NCBI GenBank assembly: GCA_965213705.1
Contig: OZ243913.1
Coordinates: 1,664,001-1,728,000 of the forward strand
DNA from: Trueperaceae bacterium
Lineage (GTDB): Bacteria; Deinococcota; Deinococci; Deinococcales; Trueperaceae
Reading direction: 5' to 3'
Length of the DNA: 64,000 bases
Part shown: positions 50,106 to 59,800 of the stretch, one piece after another
How positions within the stretch are numbered: the first letter of the stretch is position 1
How the letters are laid out: every line of letters starts with the position of its first letter
Notes under the pieces: generated by a model
What the model was told of the DNA's origin: nothing
What the model saw: only the letters and a program-made list of their open reading frames with translations
Databases searched by the model: none
Position numbers and translations under genes: made by a program

Positions 50106-50471
50106 ATGGTTCAGACAGACATCCTCACCTATTTTTTACCCGAGCATTCGGAGCCGGGCGTGGGCCGTTACTTGTTCGGCTACACCGTCAAGCTCAGCAA
50201 CCGGGGCGAGTTGGCGGTCAGGGTGTTACGGCGCTGCTGGACGCTCACCGACAGGCTCGGGCGCGTGCAAACTCTGCGCGGCACCGGCGTTGCGGGGGCG
50301 CAACCGCTCATTTTGCCGGGCGGCAGCTTCGAATACTCGAGCGTCTGTACCCTCACCACGCCGGGCGGCTTTTTAGAAGGCGTCTTCGACTTGACCGACG
50401 AAGCGCAAACACCTTTGAGCGCCGAAGTCGCCCGAACGGCCTTGAAACAACCGGGGTCACTGCCGTCCTGA
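50106..50471 (+). CDS. apaG: ApaG domain protein
   Basis: YLFGYTV, RCWTLTD, GTGVAGAQPLILPG and YSSVCTLTTPGG; start ATG 50106. Confidence 0.85.
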   Translation: MVQTDILTYFLPEHSEPGVGRYLFGYTVKLSNRGELAVRVLRRCWTLTDRLGRVQTLRGTGVAGAQPLILPGGSFEYSSVCTLTTPGGFLEGVFDLTDEAQTPLSAEVARTALKQPGSLPS

Positions 50472-50551
50472 GCGCACTGTAAGGGTTCCGACAACACAAC
50501 TCGTAAATCTCACAAGAGATTTCGCTTCGTACGGCTCGAGCTAAGGTTTTT

Positions 50552-51400
50552 TCAGTCGAGCGGTTTTTTCAGGGACAAGGCGTTTTGCAGGTTCGCGAAC
50601 GCCTCCAACCCCAAAGCCTCGGCGCGCACCCGGGCGTCTAAGTTGGCGGCCTGCAACGCCGCTGCGACCCGCTCCGGGTCGTAGCCCGCCATGAGCAGGT
50701 TTTTCTTCAGCGTTTTGCGGCGGTGCCGGAACGCCGTGTGCACGAGTTCGAACAGGTCCTCGTCGGCTTCGGCCTGCGGGTTCACGTCTAGCCGGACCAC
50801 GCTGCTCGTCACGGCGGGCGCGGGGTAAAAGCTGTCCGGTTTGACGTCCTTGACGGTTTTTACGTCGGCGAAGTGCTGGACGACCAAGCTGAGCGCCCCG
50901 AAAGCGGGGTCGCCCGGCGCGGCCTTGAAGCGGTCGGCAACTTCTTTTTGCACCATGACGACGATGCGCCTGAACCGGCCCGACTCTAGGGCACGCACTA
51001 GAACCGGCGTCGCCACGTTGTAGGGCAGGTTGGCGACGAGAAGGCTGTTCGGGGGCAGCTGAGCGAGGTCGAACTTGAGCCCGTCGCCGTGGACCACCGT
51101 CACGTTTTCAAACCCGCCGGTCGTTTCTTGCAACACCGGCAACAGCCGCGCGTCCAGTTCGACGCTGACGACCTGGCCCGCTTCCTCGGCCAAGGCCCTC
51201 GTTAAAACGCCTAAACCGGGACCAATCTCGAGCACCGTGTCGTTCGGCTGCAGCTCGGCGGCCGCAACGACGTTTTTTAAGACGTTGCCGTCGACGAGAA
51301 AATTTTGTCCGAAATTTTTGTCGGCGCGCAGACCGTGCCGCCTCAACACGTCGGCCACGACGGCCGGGGAGTAAAGCGGCCGCTCAGCCTCGTCGGGCAC
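50552..51400 (-). CDS. rsmA: 16S rRNA m6,2A dimethyltransferase
   Basis: FGQNFL, EIGPGLG, ANLPYNV and RRKTL. Confidence 0.96.
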   Translation of the reverse strand: MPDEAERPLYSPAVVADVLRRHGLRADKNFGQNFLVDGNVLKNVVAAAELQPNDTVLEIGPGLGVLTRALAEEAGQVVSVELDARLLPVLQETTGGFENVTVVHGDGLKFDLAQLPPNSLLVANLPYNVATPVLVRALESGRFRRIVVMVQKEVADRFKAAPGDPAFGALSLVVQHFADVKTVKDVKPDSFYPAPAVTSSVVRLDVNPQAEADEDLFELVHTAFRHRRKTLKKNLLMAGYDPERVAAALQAANLDARVRAEALGLEAFANLQNALSLKKPLD

Positions 51401-51459
51401 GGCTCAACTCACCAGTCTGAAACTCGACAGCCCTCACCCGACAACCCTTACCCGGCAAC

Positions 51460-51957
51460 CTAGCTCAGGCTGATGTTGTCGGCTAAGAACTGCTCTAAGT
51501 TTTGCCGCGTCGTACCCAGCTTGGCTTTTTGCACGACCGCCAGTTCGCTGGCGAGCATGTCCTTGGCTTTTTCCATAATCTCGCGCTCGGTCGCGGCGAG
51601 GCCTTTGTCCAAGTCGCGCTGGTAGAGGACGCCCAGCAGCTTGGCGAGGTCGTAAGCGTTCCCGCTCGAGATGATGTCCTGTTCGGCCCGAAAGCGCGGC
51701 GGCCACTGGTTGGGCAAGCTCAGGTCGGCCTTGAGGATGGTGTCGTGCAACTGCTCGACCTCGTCCTTGCCGATGGTGAGCCGCAGACCCACCTCTTGCC
51801 CTTTTTTCAGCGGCACCAACACTTCCATGTCGCCACTTATAAAGACGATTTTCAGGTATTCGTGCTGCACCCCCAGAACTTCTCTGGTGGTCGTTTCTTC
51901 TATCGTACCCGCACCCTGCGAAGGGTACACCACGTCGTCGCCCACCTTGAACGTCAC
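51460..51957 (-). CDS. carD: CarD-family transcription factor
   Basis: FKVGDDVVYPSQGAG, conserved W in NQWPPR, LASELA; RBS AGGAGG before GTG 51957. Confidence 0.88.
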   Translation of the reverse strand: MTFKVGDDVVYPSQGAGTIEETTTREVLGVQHEYLKIVFISGDMEVLVPLKKGQEVGLRLTIGKDEVEQLHDTILKADLSLPNQWPPRFRAEQDIISSGNAYDLAKLLGVLYQRDLDKGLAATEREIMEKAKDMLASELAVVQKAKLGTTRQNLEQFLADNISLS

Positions 51958-52042
51958 TAATGTGTCCTCCTGGCGGTCAACATACCATTGTTTGCGGGTT
52001 TTGTCGTCAGCGGGCGGGACGGGGAGGTTTTGAGAGGCGTTC

Positions 52043-52663
52043 TCAGGCAGGAATTGTCCGGCCCGGATAAACGACGACCGCGACCGTGCAGGGCTTGGCG
52101 TCACCGGCCTCGGTGGTTTCTTCGGCGGCGTGAAGGGCCTCTTGCACCGCCTTTATGACTTTTGCGTAGCCCTTTTCACTCAGCCGCACTTCCGCCACGC
52201 CCAGCAAGGGTTGATAAGCGCGCAAAGGCACGCCGTTCCCAAGCTCGAGCAGCCCGTAGTCCGAACCCAGCCCGTAGTCGGAACGTTCGTCAGCCTCACC
52301 TTGGGCCGCATCGAAAAACCGTTCGAACGCAGCGACGAAGCCCCGCTGCAAGCCCGTGAGCAAGTCGCCCCCGCCCGCCGTCAGCGCGTCCGCCACGGGT
52401 CCCAACAGCTCTTTGCGAAAACGAAAACGCGTCGCGACCGTTTGGTAAACGCGCCTGCGTCCGGTTTCGCTCACCGTTCGGAGCAGCCCGGCCGCCGCCA
52501 AACGCTTGACGTGGTAGTGAACCCGGTTTGTGGGCAGCCCGAGCTTTTTGGCCGCGGCGCTCGGGTTCAAGGGTTCTTTGAAGGTCTCGAGCAGCAGGTA
52601 CGTCTTGGCGTCGCAAAGAAGCTCGAGCTGTTGTTCGTTCAGGGTGAACACGGTTTCCGTCAT
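52043..52663 (-). CDS. Winged helix-turn-helix (ArsR-like) protein
   Basis: AAKKLGLPTNRVHYHVKRLAAAGLL. Confidence 0.8.
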   Translation of the reverse strand: MTETVFTLNEQQLELLCDAKTYLLLETFKEPLNPSAAAKKLGLPTNRVHYHVKRLAAAGLLRTVSETGRRRVYQTVATRFRFRKELLGPVADALTAGGGDLLTGLQRGFVAAFERFFDAAQGEADERSDYGLGSDYGLLELGNGVPLRAYQPLLGVAEVRLSEKGYAKVIKAVQEALHAAEETTEAGDAKPCTVAVVVYPGRTIPA

Positions 52664-52740
52664 GCCCTATTGTGCGGGCGGGCGTTTTCAAATGCTATGT
52701 GAGAATTTGAAAAGGGCAACCGAACGGCTGTCTTGCAGGC

Positions 52741-53178
52741 TCAGCCAAGTGTTGCAAAGTCGAAGTCGTCGGCAAAAGGATTTAGAAAAGTCACGCCTTC
52801 GACCGTCGCACCGCTTGCGAAGTCTTCACTCAGCACGACGGGCAGTTGATGCAGCTTGGCCGCCGCCCAGACTTGCGCGTCGTAGTAGCTGAAGCGGTGG
52901 TCTCTCACTCCGCGCAACGCTTCGAAAACGACCCACTCGGAGAGCGGTAAAATCTGGAAAGCCTTGGCTAAGTCCTCTATCTGGTCATACACTTCTTGGG
53001 GGGAAAGCTTAAACTTTCTCAGTGTTACGCTGGCATACTCGGCCAGGGCTTGAGCTGACAGGGCCGCTCGACCACGGGTGGAAAGCGCTTTGAGCACCTC
53101 GCCGGCACGATTTCCTTTGGCCGTCTCTGCCTCGTCGTGCGGATAGACGAGCACGTTGGTGTCGAGCAAAAAGGTCAT
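52741..53178 (-). CDS. vapC: PIN-domain toxin (VapC-like)
   Basis: LDTNVLVY, conserved E, SYYDA and SEDF acidic residues intact. Confidence 0.88.
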   Translation of the reverse strand: MTFLLDTNVLVYPHDEAETAKGNRAGEVLKALSTRGRAALSAQALAEYASVTLRKFKLSPQEVYDQIEDLAKAFQILPLSEWVVFEALRGVRDHRFSYYDAQVWAAAKLHQLPVVLSEDFASGATVEGVTFLNPFADDFDFATLG

Positions 53179-53459
53179 TCCTTTTTATCCCATTTTGTAA
53201 AGCGTTCGTCTTCTTCGTAAAGTGCCTGGCGGTCGAAGCGGTAGCCTGCAAGGGCGGAGTGCGTCTTGGCGAGCCTTTCGGCTCGAGCTAAAAAGTCTGT
53301 AACGGCCTTGCGACCGGCCACATCGACCTTCTTTGCCCCTTTCAGCGCGTCGTCGAGCGCTCGCCTCACCACCTCGGCCTCGGACACGCCGAGTTCCTTT
53401 GCTCGCCTTTTGAGGGCTTTGTTTTGGGCTTCTTCTAAGTAAAGCTGTTTGCGAATCAT
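53175..53459 (-). CDS. CopG/RHH antitoxin
   Basis: MIRKQLYL...GVSEAEVVRRALD; ATGA overlap with the PIN gene. Confidence 0.85.
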   Translation of the reverse strand: MIRKQLYLEEAQNKALKRRAKELGVSEAEVVRRALDDALKGAKKVDVAGRKAVTDFLARAERLAKTHSALAGYRFDRQALYEEDERFTKWDKKE

Positions 53460-53531
53460 AACTACATTATATACGTCAGGAAAGGAGTCAGAATTCAGCA
53501 GCTCCGCTTTATGCCGACTCCTTTTATTCAG

Positions 53532-55556
53532 CTAGCGCCGCGCCGCCACTTTGGGCTTTTTGCCCGGCAGCGTCGTCATCTTGACTTCTTTGCCCTGCAA
53601 CTGCGCCTCGACCTCGCGTATGCGGTCACGCACCGCGGCGGCCCGCTCGAAGTCCAAAGCTTCTGAGGCGGCCCACATTTCGGTCTCCAAAGTCGCCAAC
53701 TCGCCTTTGAGGTCGTCCATGACGAGTTCGCGCTCCCAGGGGTCGAGTTGGGTATCTTCACCCTCTTTCTCGCCGCGGATGACCTGGCGGATGGTCTTTT
53801 GAATCGTTTCGGGCGTGATGTGGTGCTTTTCGTTGTAGGCGAGCTGTTTTTCGCGGCGGCGGTCGGTCTCGTCTATCGCGGCCTGCATCGCGTCGCTGAC
53901 CACGTCGGCGTAGAGAAACACCTCGCCCCGCACGTTGCGCGCCGCGCGGCCGATGGTCTGGATGAGGCTGCGCTCGCTCCGCAGAAAGCCGGTCTTGTCG
54001 GCGTCCAAAATCGCCACGAGCGAGACTTCGGGCAAGTCCAGACCTTCCCGCAACAAGTTGATGCCGATGAGCACGTCGAAGTGGCCGAGTCGCAGGTCGC
54101 GGATGATGACCTGGCGTTCTATAGCCTCGATGTCCGAGTGCATGTAGCGCACCTTGAGGCCTTGCTGGGCGAGGTACTCGGTTAGGTCTTCCGACATTTT
54201 TTTGGTGAGGGTGGTGACCAGTACGCGCTCGTCGCGTTTGGCGCGCTCACGAATGGCGAAGACTAAGTCGTCGATTTGTCCGCGGCTCGGTTTGACCGTG
54301 ATGTGCGGGTCGATGAGGCCGGTCGGGCGAATCACTTGCTCGGCGACGTAGTCCGAGTGGGAAAATTCGAACTCGGCGGGCGTCGCCGACACGAACACGA
54401 CCTGGCCGACGCGGTCGAAAAACTCGTCTTGTTTCAGGGGCCGGTTGTCGAGCGCGGCGGGGAGTCGGAAGCCGTAGTCGATGAGGGTGGACTTTCTGGC
54501 CCGGTCGCCGTTGTACATGCCGCGCACCTGGCTGACCATGTTGTGCGACTCGTCCATAAAGGTGATGAAGTTGTCCGGGAAATAGTCCAGCAGCGTGTGG
54601 GGCGGCTCGCCGGGTTGGCGGCCGTCCAAGTAACGCGAGTGGTTCTCGATGCCGTTGCAGTAACCCAAAGTCCGCAGCATCTCCACGTCGTACATGGTGC
54701 GCTCTTTCAAACGCTGGCGTTCTAAGAGCTTGTCGGACTTTTCGAAAAACTCCAAGCGCCGCCCCAAGTCGTATTCGATTTGCTGGATGGCGGGCTCGAG
54801 CTTGTCCTGCGGCGTCACGTAGTGTTTGGCGGGAAATACAGTAACGCTCTCCAAAGTTTGCAGCTCGTCGCCGGTCAAGGGGTCGGTCATCACCAAGCGG
54901 TCGATTTCGTCGCCCCACAGTTCGATGCGCAACGGGTTCTCCTCGTACGCCGCCCAAATCTCGACCACGTCGCCGCGCGCCCGGAATCTTCCGGGTGCGA
55001 GTTCGATGTCGTTGCGCTCGTACTGCTGCAGGATGAGTCGGCTCAGGATGTCGTCGCGGCTCAACTTGCCGCCGACAGTTAAAAGCAGGTTGAGGTTTTT
55101 GTACTCGTCGGGCGACCCCAAGCCATAAATGGCCGACACCGAAGCCACCACGATCACGTCCTTGCGGGTCAGCAAACTGCGCGTGGTCGAGTGGCGCAGA
55201 CGTTCCAGTTCGTCGTTGATGTTGGCGTCTTTTTCGATAAAGAGGTCTCTCGCGGGCACGTAAGCCTCGGGCTGGTAGTAGTCGTAATAGGAAATAAAGA
55301 ACTCGACCGCCGCGGTGGGAAAAAACTCCCGAAACTCGCCCGCGAGTTGCGCCGTGAGAATCTTGTTCGGCGCGAGGATGAGGGCGGGGCGCTGCGTGGC
55401 CTCGATAATCTTGGCAATGGTAAAGGTTTTGCCGGTCCCCGTCGCTCCCAACAGCGTCTGAAAACGCAACCCGTCGTTTAAGCCTTCGACGAGGCCTTGA
55501 ATGGCTTGCGGCTGGTCGCCTTTCGGACTAAAAGGAGAGTGAACCTCTAGTGGCAT
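53532..55556 (-). CDS. uvrB: Excinuclease ABC subunit B
   Basis: [34 protein letters not shown] and a C-terminal UVR domain. Confidence 0.98.
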   Translation of the reverse strand: MPLEVHSPFSPKGDQPQAIQGLVEGLNDGLRFQTLLGATGTGKTFTIAKIIEATQRPALILAPNKILTAQLAGEFREFFPTAAVEFFISYYDYYQPEAYVPARDLFIEKDANINDELERLRHSTTRSLLTRKDVIVVASVSAIYGLGSPDEYKNLNLLLTVGGKLSRDDILSRLILQQYERNDIELAPGRFRARGDVVEIWAAYEENPLRIELWGDEIDRLVMTDPLTGDELQTLESVTVFPAKHYVTPQDKLEPAIQQIEYDLGRRLEFFEKSDKLLERQRLKERTMYDVEMLRTLGYCNGIENHSRYLDGRQPGEPPHTLLDYFPDNFITFMDESHNMVSQVRGMYNGDRARKSTLIDYGFRLPAALDNRPLKQDEFFDRVGQVVFVSATPAEFEFSHSDYVAEQVIRPTGLIDPHITVKPSRGQIDDLVFAIRERAKRDERVLVTTLTKKMSEDLTEYLAQQGLKVRYMHSDIEAIERQVIIRDLRLGHFDVLIGINLLREGLDLPEVSLVAILDADKTGFLRSERSLIQTIGRAARNVRGEVFLYADVVSDAMQAAIDETDRRREKQLAYNEKHHITPETIQKTIRQVIRGEKEGEDTQLDPWERELVMDDLKGELATLETEMWAASEALDFERAAAVRDRIREVEAQLQGKEVKMTTLPGKKPKVAARR

Positions 55557-55602
55557 CCGTCTATTTTACCCCAATAAAGCACCTGTTCCATGTCGGCTCG
55601 AG

Positions 55603-56330
55603 CTACAGGTTTGTGCGTGAACAGCGCAGAACAGGGACGTTCCGCGCTGAGGTTGAAATGTGCGCACGCGCAGGCTTCCCCTTAGACTTTGACCAAGACG
55701 AGCTACTCGGCGACGCGAGCGAAGCTGAGCACGTAAAAAGGATTGGAAGTCTGCCCCGTGTCGGCTTCCAGCCTGAGGACGAGACCGTCGTCCCCCGCGC
55801 ACTCGTACGCACCGACGAGCCCCGGCTGAGACGCCCCCAAAATGTCCCGACCCACGCCTCCAGAGCGTCCGGTGCAGCGGGATGGGTTGCGAAGTAGAGC
55901 CGCCACGCCCGCGCCAGGGTGCTGAGAGGCACCGATTTGTCGCCGAGCCTACCCCGAACCAGGCTGAAGTTGCCCTTCGTTTTGTGCTGGACGAAGTCGA
56001 GAAGCAGCCGCGTTTTGCCCACACCTGCCGGCCCGGAGACATAAACGGCTTGTCTTCTTTCCCAGGCCCGCTCCAGCCGCTCCCACGCCGCTTCGCGGCC
56101 GACCAGAAGGGGAGGACGGAGCAGTTCGGGAGGAAGCCGCCGTAAACCCGGCGACCCCCGAGGTGCGGTGAGCGCATTTTCGACCGCCGCGGCGAGCTGT
56201 TCGGTTTCGGGCAGCGGCGCTACGCCGAGTTCTTCAGCCGGTACGCGGCAAGTTCGAACTGCTGCCGCGCCGCGTAGAGGTTGCCCCGTTGCCACTCGAG
56301 CCGCATCACCGTGCGGTGCATACGCGGACC
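55603..56330 (-). pseudogene. Remnant of a BTAD + AAA ATPase transcriptional regulator
   Basis: HRTVMRL..RG..AARQQF (frame A) then EELGVAPLPET, LVGRE and Walker A GPAGVGKT (frame B); no N-terminal DNA-binding domain; truncated C-terminus. Confidence 0.7.
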
Positions 56331-56493
56331 TCTAGCCGGTTTGTAAACATCTCGAGACCAGTATAGCTGCCAGTAGCTGCAGCCCGGCTGCGCGCTCGGG
56401 TCGGGCTGCAGCTTGTAGAGCGTGCCTACGTTCACCCCCGAAAGTCGGGTGTTAAACTAGGCCGCTACACAAAATCTGAAAGGAGCTTACACC

Positions 56494-56916
56494 ATGCCAA
56501 CTCGCACAGCTGAAGCCGTTTGGAAGGGCAACTTGAAAGAGGGTTCCGGGTCGGTCAAGACCGAGAGCGGCGCGCTCGACGGCAGCTACTCGTTTCCGTC
56601 GCGGTTTGAAAGCGGCAAGGGCACGAACCCCGAAGAGCTTTTGGGCGCAGCCCACGCGGCCTGCTATTCGATGGCACTGTCGAACGCGCTCGCCGAGGCG
56701 GGCCACACGCCTGAGAGTGTCACCACCACCGCCAAAGTCCATCTGGACGCGAAAAGCGGCCCCAACATCAACAAAATCGACCTGCAAACCGAAGCCGAGG
56801 TGCCGGGTCTGGACGAGTCCACCTTTCAGGAGCACGCCAAACAAGCCAAAGAGAACTGCCCCATCTCGAAAGCTCTCAAAGCGGTCGAGATAAGTTTAGA
56901 CGCCAAGCTGCTCTAG
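56494..56916 (+). CDS. osmC: OsmC family peroxiredoxin
   Basis: YSFPSRF, TNPEELLGAAHAACYSMA and AKENCPIS; RBS AAGGAG. Confidence 0.95.
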   Translation: MPTRTAEAVWKGNLKEGSGSVKTESGALDGSYSFPSRFESGKGTNPEELLGAAHAACYSMALSNALAEAGHTPESVTTTAKVHLDAKSGPNINKIDLQTEAEVPGLDESTFQEHAKQAKENCPISKALKAVEISLDAKLL

Positions 56917-57006
56917 TCCCGACCCGACGTCGTGAGTCCCGCAAGCAAACGGCTGGCAGGTCTTTTTTACGGTTCTTTCGCGGTCGGTTGCGGTAGGCTT
57001 GGGACC

Positions 57007-57558
57007 ATGCGAAACATCTCTGTCGTGTTTACGCTTTTGGTCCTGTTGGGCTGCGCGCCTCGAGCCGTAACCCAAGCCACCGCGAGCCCTACCCCGAACG
57101 CTACCTCACCTAACGCTACCTCGCCCGCGCGCCCGGCACCTGCCGAATTCGAGCAGATGGTCGCGCGGGTCAACGAGGTGCGTTCGAGCGGTTACGACTG
57201 TGGTGAGGGCGGCAACTTCGGACCCGCCCCGCAGCTCGCGTGGAACCCCGTCTTGGCCGAGGCCGCCGCGGACCACAGCCGCGACATGGCCGAAAACAGT
57301 TTTTTCAGCCACACCGGTTCAAACGGCGGCGATGTGTCCGACCGGGTCGAGCGGCGCGGTTACGAGTGGTCGGCCGTCGGTGAAAATTTGGCCGAGGCCA
57401 CGCCCGGCCACTTCACGCAGCAGTCCGTGGTCGAGGGGTGGCTGACGAGTCCCGGCCACTGCGCCAACCTGTTGCGCCCCGACTTTCGCGAAATCGGCGC
57501 GGCGAAGGTGACGGGTGACCTGGAATACTGGACGCAAGTGTTCGGCGCGTTGCGCTAA
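57007..57558 (+). CDS. CAP/SCP domain lipoprotein
   Basis: Lipobox LLGC, HSRDMA..FFSH, GENL, WLTSPGHCANL and YWTQVF. Confidence 0.9.
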   Translation: MRNISVVFTLLVLLGCAPRAVTQATASPTPNATSPNATSPARPAPAEFEQMVARVNEVRSSGYDCGEGGNFGPAPQLAWNPVLAEAAADHSRDMAENSFFSHTGSNGGDVSDRVERRGYEWSAVGENLAEATPGHFTQQSVVEGWLTSPGHCANLLRPDFREIGAAKVTGDLEYWTQVFGALR

Positions 57559-58290
57559 TCAGCCTGGAACTTTTATCGCGTAGTCGTTCAAGCGTTCAAA
57601 GTAGGGTAGACACTCGTTCAGCAGGGGCTCGAGCCGCTTTGGCAGCGCCACGCTTTTGGATTGGTAGGGCGCAAAACCCGTCGACGCGTGGACCCGGGTG
57701 TACCAGTAGGGTGCCCACACGCCGTCTTCGGGTTTGGGGCCGGCGGGCCAGCTCAGCATCGACGGTTCGAAGGGCAACCCCAGCCGCTCGCAAGCCGAAC
57801 TCAGCACGCCCTCGGGATTTTTGAGAATCTCGCCCGCCTCTAAAACGACGGGTGTGCGCCCTTGCGACACTTCGCGTTCCAAAACTTCGACCTGGTACTC
57901 GAGCCCGGTATCGCGCAACGTCGGCTCGGGAATTTGGTGTGCGAGCGAAGCCAGCATGGCACGTGGGTCGCGGGTGAGCAGCAAGTTGGTGAGGTCGTCC
58001 AAAAAGTCACGCTTTACGCCGACCAAGTGGTGCGCCATGTTCTTGAAAAACACCACCGGCCGCTCGCAAGGCCCGAGCAGGGTGTCGCGGACGACGCGCT
58101 CGCCGTCGGTTTCCACCGTTTCCAAAACCGCCCGCGCCCCCGGATGCTCGGCGTTCGTCACCCGGAGGTAGTGGCCGTACAGGGGCTCGTCCACCACGCG
58201 GGTGTCCGAGCGCTGCCGAAAGGCGTACATGACGGCGGTCGAAAGGTTGCGCGGCCCCGACCACAGCGACAGGCGCAAGCACTCGCTCAT
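57559..58290 (-). CDS. Sulfotransferase-like P-loop protein (aminotransferase-associated family)
   Basis: WSGPRNLSTAVMY, DEPLY, KNMAHH, LTRDP and WAPYWY..V..STGF. Confidence 0.8.
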   Translation of the reverse strand: MSECLRLSLWSGPRNLSTAVMYAFRQRSDTRVVDEPLYGHYLRVTNAEHPGARAVLETVETDGERVVRDTLLGPCERPVVFFKNMAHHLVGVKRDFLDDLTNLLLTRDPRAMLASLAHQIPEPTLRDTGLEYQVEVLEREVSQGRTPVVLEAGEILKNPEGVLSSACERLGLPFEPSMLSWPAGPKPEDGVWAPYWYTRVHASTGFAPYQSKSVALPKRLEPLLNECLPYFERLNDYAIKVPG

Positions 58291-59243
58291 TCGTAACTTG
58301 CCACCGCCGCTTTGTACAAGCGGCTGAGCTGTGCGGTCACGGGGCCGGCCTCGCCGTTGCCGACGGCCCTACCGTCGACGGCCACGACCGGCGTCAGGCT
58401 GCCGAAGGTGCCGGTCACGAAACTCTCGTCGGCGCTGTACACGTCGGTCAGCGAAAAGTCTTTCTCAAACGCCGGAACGCCGTTGGCCCGGCACAGCTCG
58501 AGCACCAGCCGCCGCGTGACGCCGTTCAAGCAGTGCTGCCCCGTGGAGGTCCACACCGCCCCACGCGTGACGATAAAAAAGTTCGTCGCGTTGCACGTCG
58601 CAACAAAGCCGTTCACGTCCAACATCAGCGCTTCGTCGGCACCGGCGTGGAGGGCCTGGATGAGCGCCATGACCTCGTGCAGTTTGCTGTGGCAGTTCAG
58701 TTTGGCGTCTAAGGTCTGCGGTGGGGGTCGCCGCACCGTAGACGTAAACAGCCGAATGCCCTGCGTCGTCACCGCCGGGTCGGCGACCTTGTGCTCCGCG
58801 ATGATGACGATGTTGGGCGCGCCCACGGTCAGGCGTGGGTCTTGTGCGGGCGTCTTTTTGTTGCCCCGCGTGACCATCAGCCGAGCATGAACGTCCGTGT
58901 GCATGTCGTTGCGCCGCACGGTTGCGTAAAGCGCTTCGGTCAGTTCGGCGCGGCTCTTACCGATGTTCAGGTCGACGGTTTTGGCCCCTTGGAACAGCCG
59001 GTCCAAGTGCCGGTCTAAAAACACGAACCTGCCCTCAAAGAGCCGAATCCCCTCCCAAACCCCGTCGCCGACGAGGTAACCGCTGTCGAACACGGAGATT
59101 TTGGCCTCGTCGCGGTGGAAGAACTCGCCGTTGATGTAAACAAAAACGTCTTTGTTGCGCTCGTCGGGCAGGGCTTCGTGGGTGCCCGAGGTCGCCGGTC
59201 GGTCGTCGGTGTGGCGTGCAGAAGTGTCAAGGTCGCGGGTCAC
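58287..59243 (-). CDS. Class IV aminotransferase (BCAT/D-amino acid aminotransferase-like)
   Basis: ISVFDSG..GDGVWEG, KLNCHSK, ADEALML, LNGVTR and TGTFG. Confidence 0.9.
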   Translation of the reverse strand: MTRDLDTSARHTDDRPATSGTHEALPDERNKDVFVYINGEFFHRDEAKISVFDSGYLVGDGVWEGIRLFEGRFVFLDRHLDRLFQGAKTVDLNIGKSRAELTEALYATVRRNDMHTDVHARLMVTRGNKKTPAQDPRLTVGAPNIVIIAEHKVADPAVTTQGIRLFTSTVRRPPPQTLDAKLNCHSKLHEVMALIQALHAGADEALMLDVNGFVATCNATNFFIVTRGAVWTSTGQHCLNGVTRRLVLELCRANGVPAFEKDFSLTDVYSADESFVTGTFGSLTPVVAVDGRAVGNGEAGPVTAQLSRLYKAAVASYE

Positions 59244-59432
59244 GGGGTCACCTCGAGCGCTATTAAAACACGCTCAGGTCGGGGGCGGCTGCAGGTTCAG
59301 GTAGCTGCGTCAGGCAGCTGTGCCAGGTAGCCGCGAGTCTGCAAGGTCGTCGCCCAAACGCTCCAGGGCGAGGGTCGCACACCCACTGAAATTCACCCAC
59401 CGCGTTTAAAACGCTTTGTCGAACCTGTTTCA

Positions 59433-59600
59433 TAAAAAGGGAGGCCCACCTGGGGGGAGGCAGGCCTCTCGCTCACAGGGTACCGCACCGTGGCGCCGCA
59501 AACCCAGAGAAAAGCCGAGTGTTGGCTTTCTTACTCACCTTCTTGATATGCACACTTGGTATGCACAAGACCCGCTCGCTTTGCAAACGAACGCGCCGGG
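59433..59600 (-). ncRNA. Candidate structured small RNA ending in an intrinsic terminator
   Basis: Five consecutive hairpins on the minus strand; the last is GAGAGGCCTGCCT-CCCCCC-AGGTGGGCCTCCC followed by T5; no convincing ORF. The 5' end is unknown. Confidence 0.45.
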
Positions 59601-59760
59601 AGAGGTTTTTGGGGGTTCGCTCACGGCAGGCCGGCGAGGTCGAGGCCTTACGACACCGACGTTTGACCTCGCAACACCGACGTTTAACCTGGACGCCGGG
59701 GACGCACGTAAGTCTTACCCCCAGAAGACTTACACCCCCAGAGGTTCACACCCCAGGAAA

Positions 59761-59800
59761 CTTACAAAGGGCTGACACAAACCTGACATACTCCCGACAT
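59761..59800. promoter_or_regulatory. Four direct repeats at 11-bp spacing (OmpR/PhoB-type operator candidate)
   Basis: CTTACAA (59761), CTGACAC (59772), CTGACAT (59783), CCGACAT (59794). Confidence 0.5.

Noticed and set aside
55555..55600. Radiation-desiccation response motif (RDRM) upstream of uvrB
   Set aside because: Only a half-site-like TCCGT is visible; no 17-bp palindrome.
59473..59553. Small minus-strand peptide VHIKKVSKKANTRLFSGFAAPRCGTL
   Set aside because: No SD or leaderless -10 and no modifying enzymes nearby; it overlaps predicted hairpins.
59433..59600. T-box or known riboswitch for the aminotransferase
   Set aside because: No GGTGGNACC T-box core on the sense strand and no recognisable aptamer; retained only as an unknown RNA.
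59651..59800. Possible CRISPR array
   Set aside because: Units are short, degenerate and contiguous, with no unique spacers and no cas genes.
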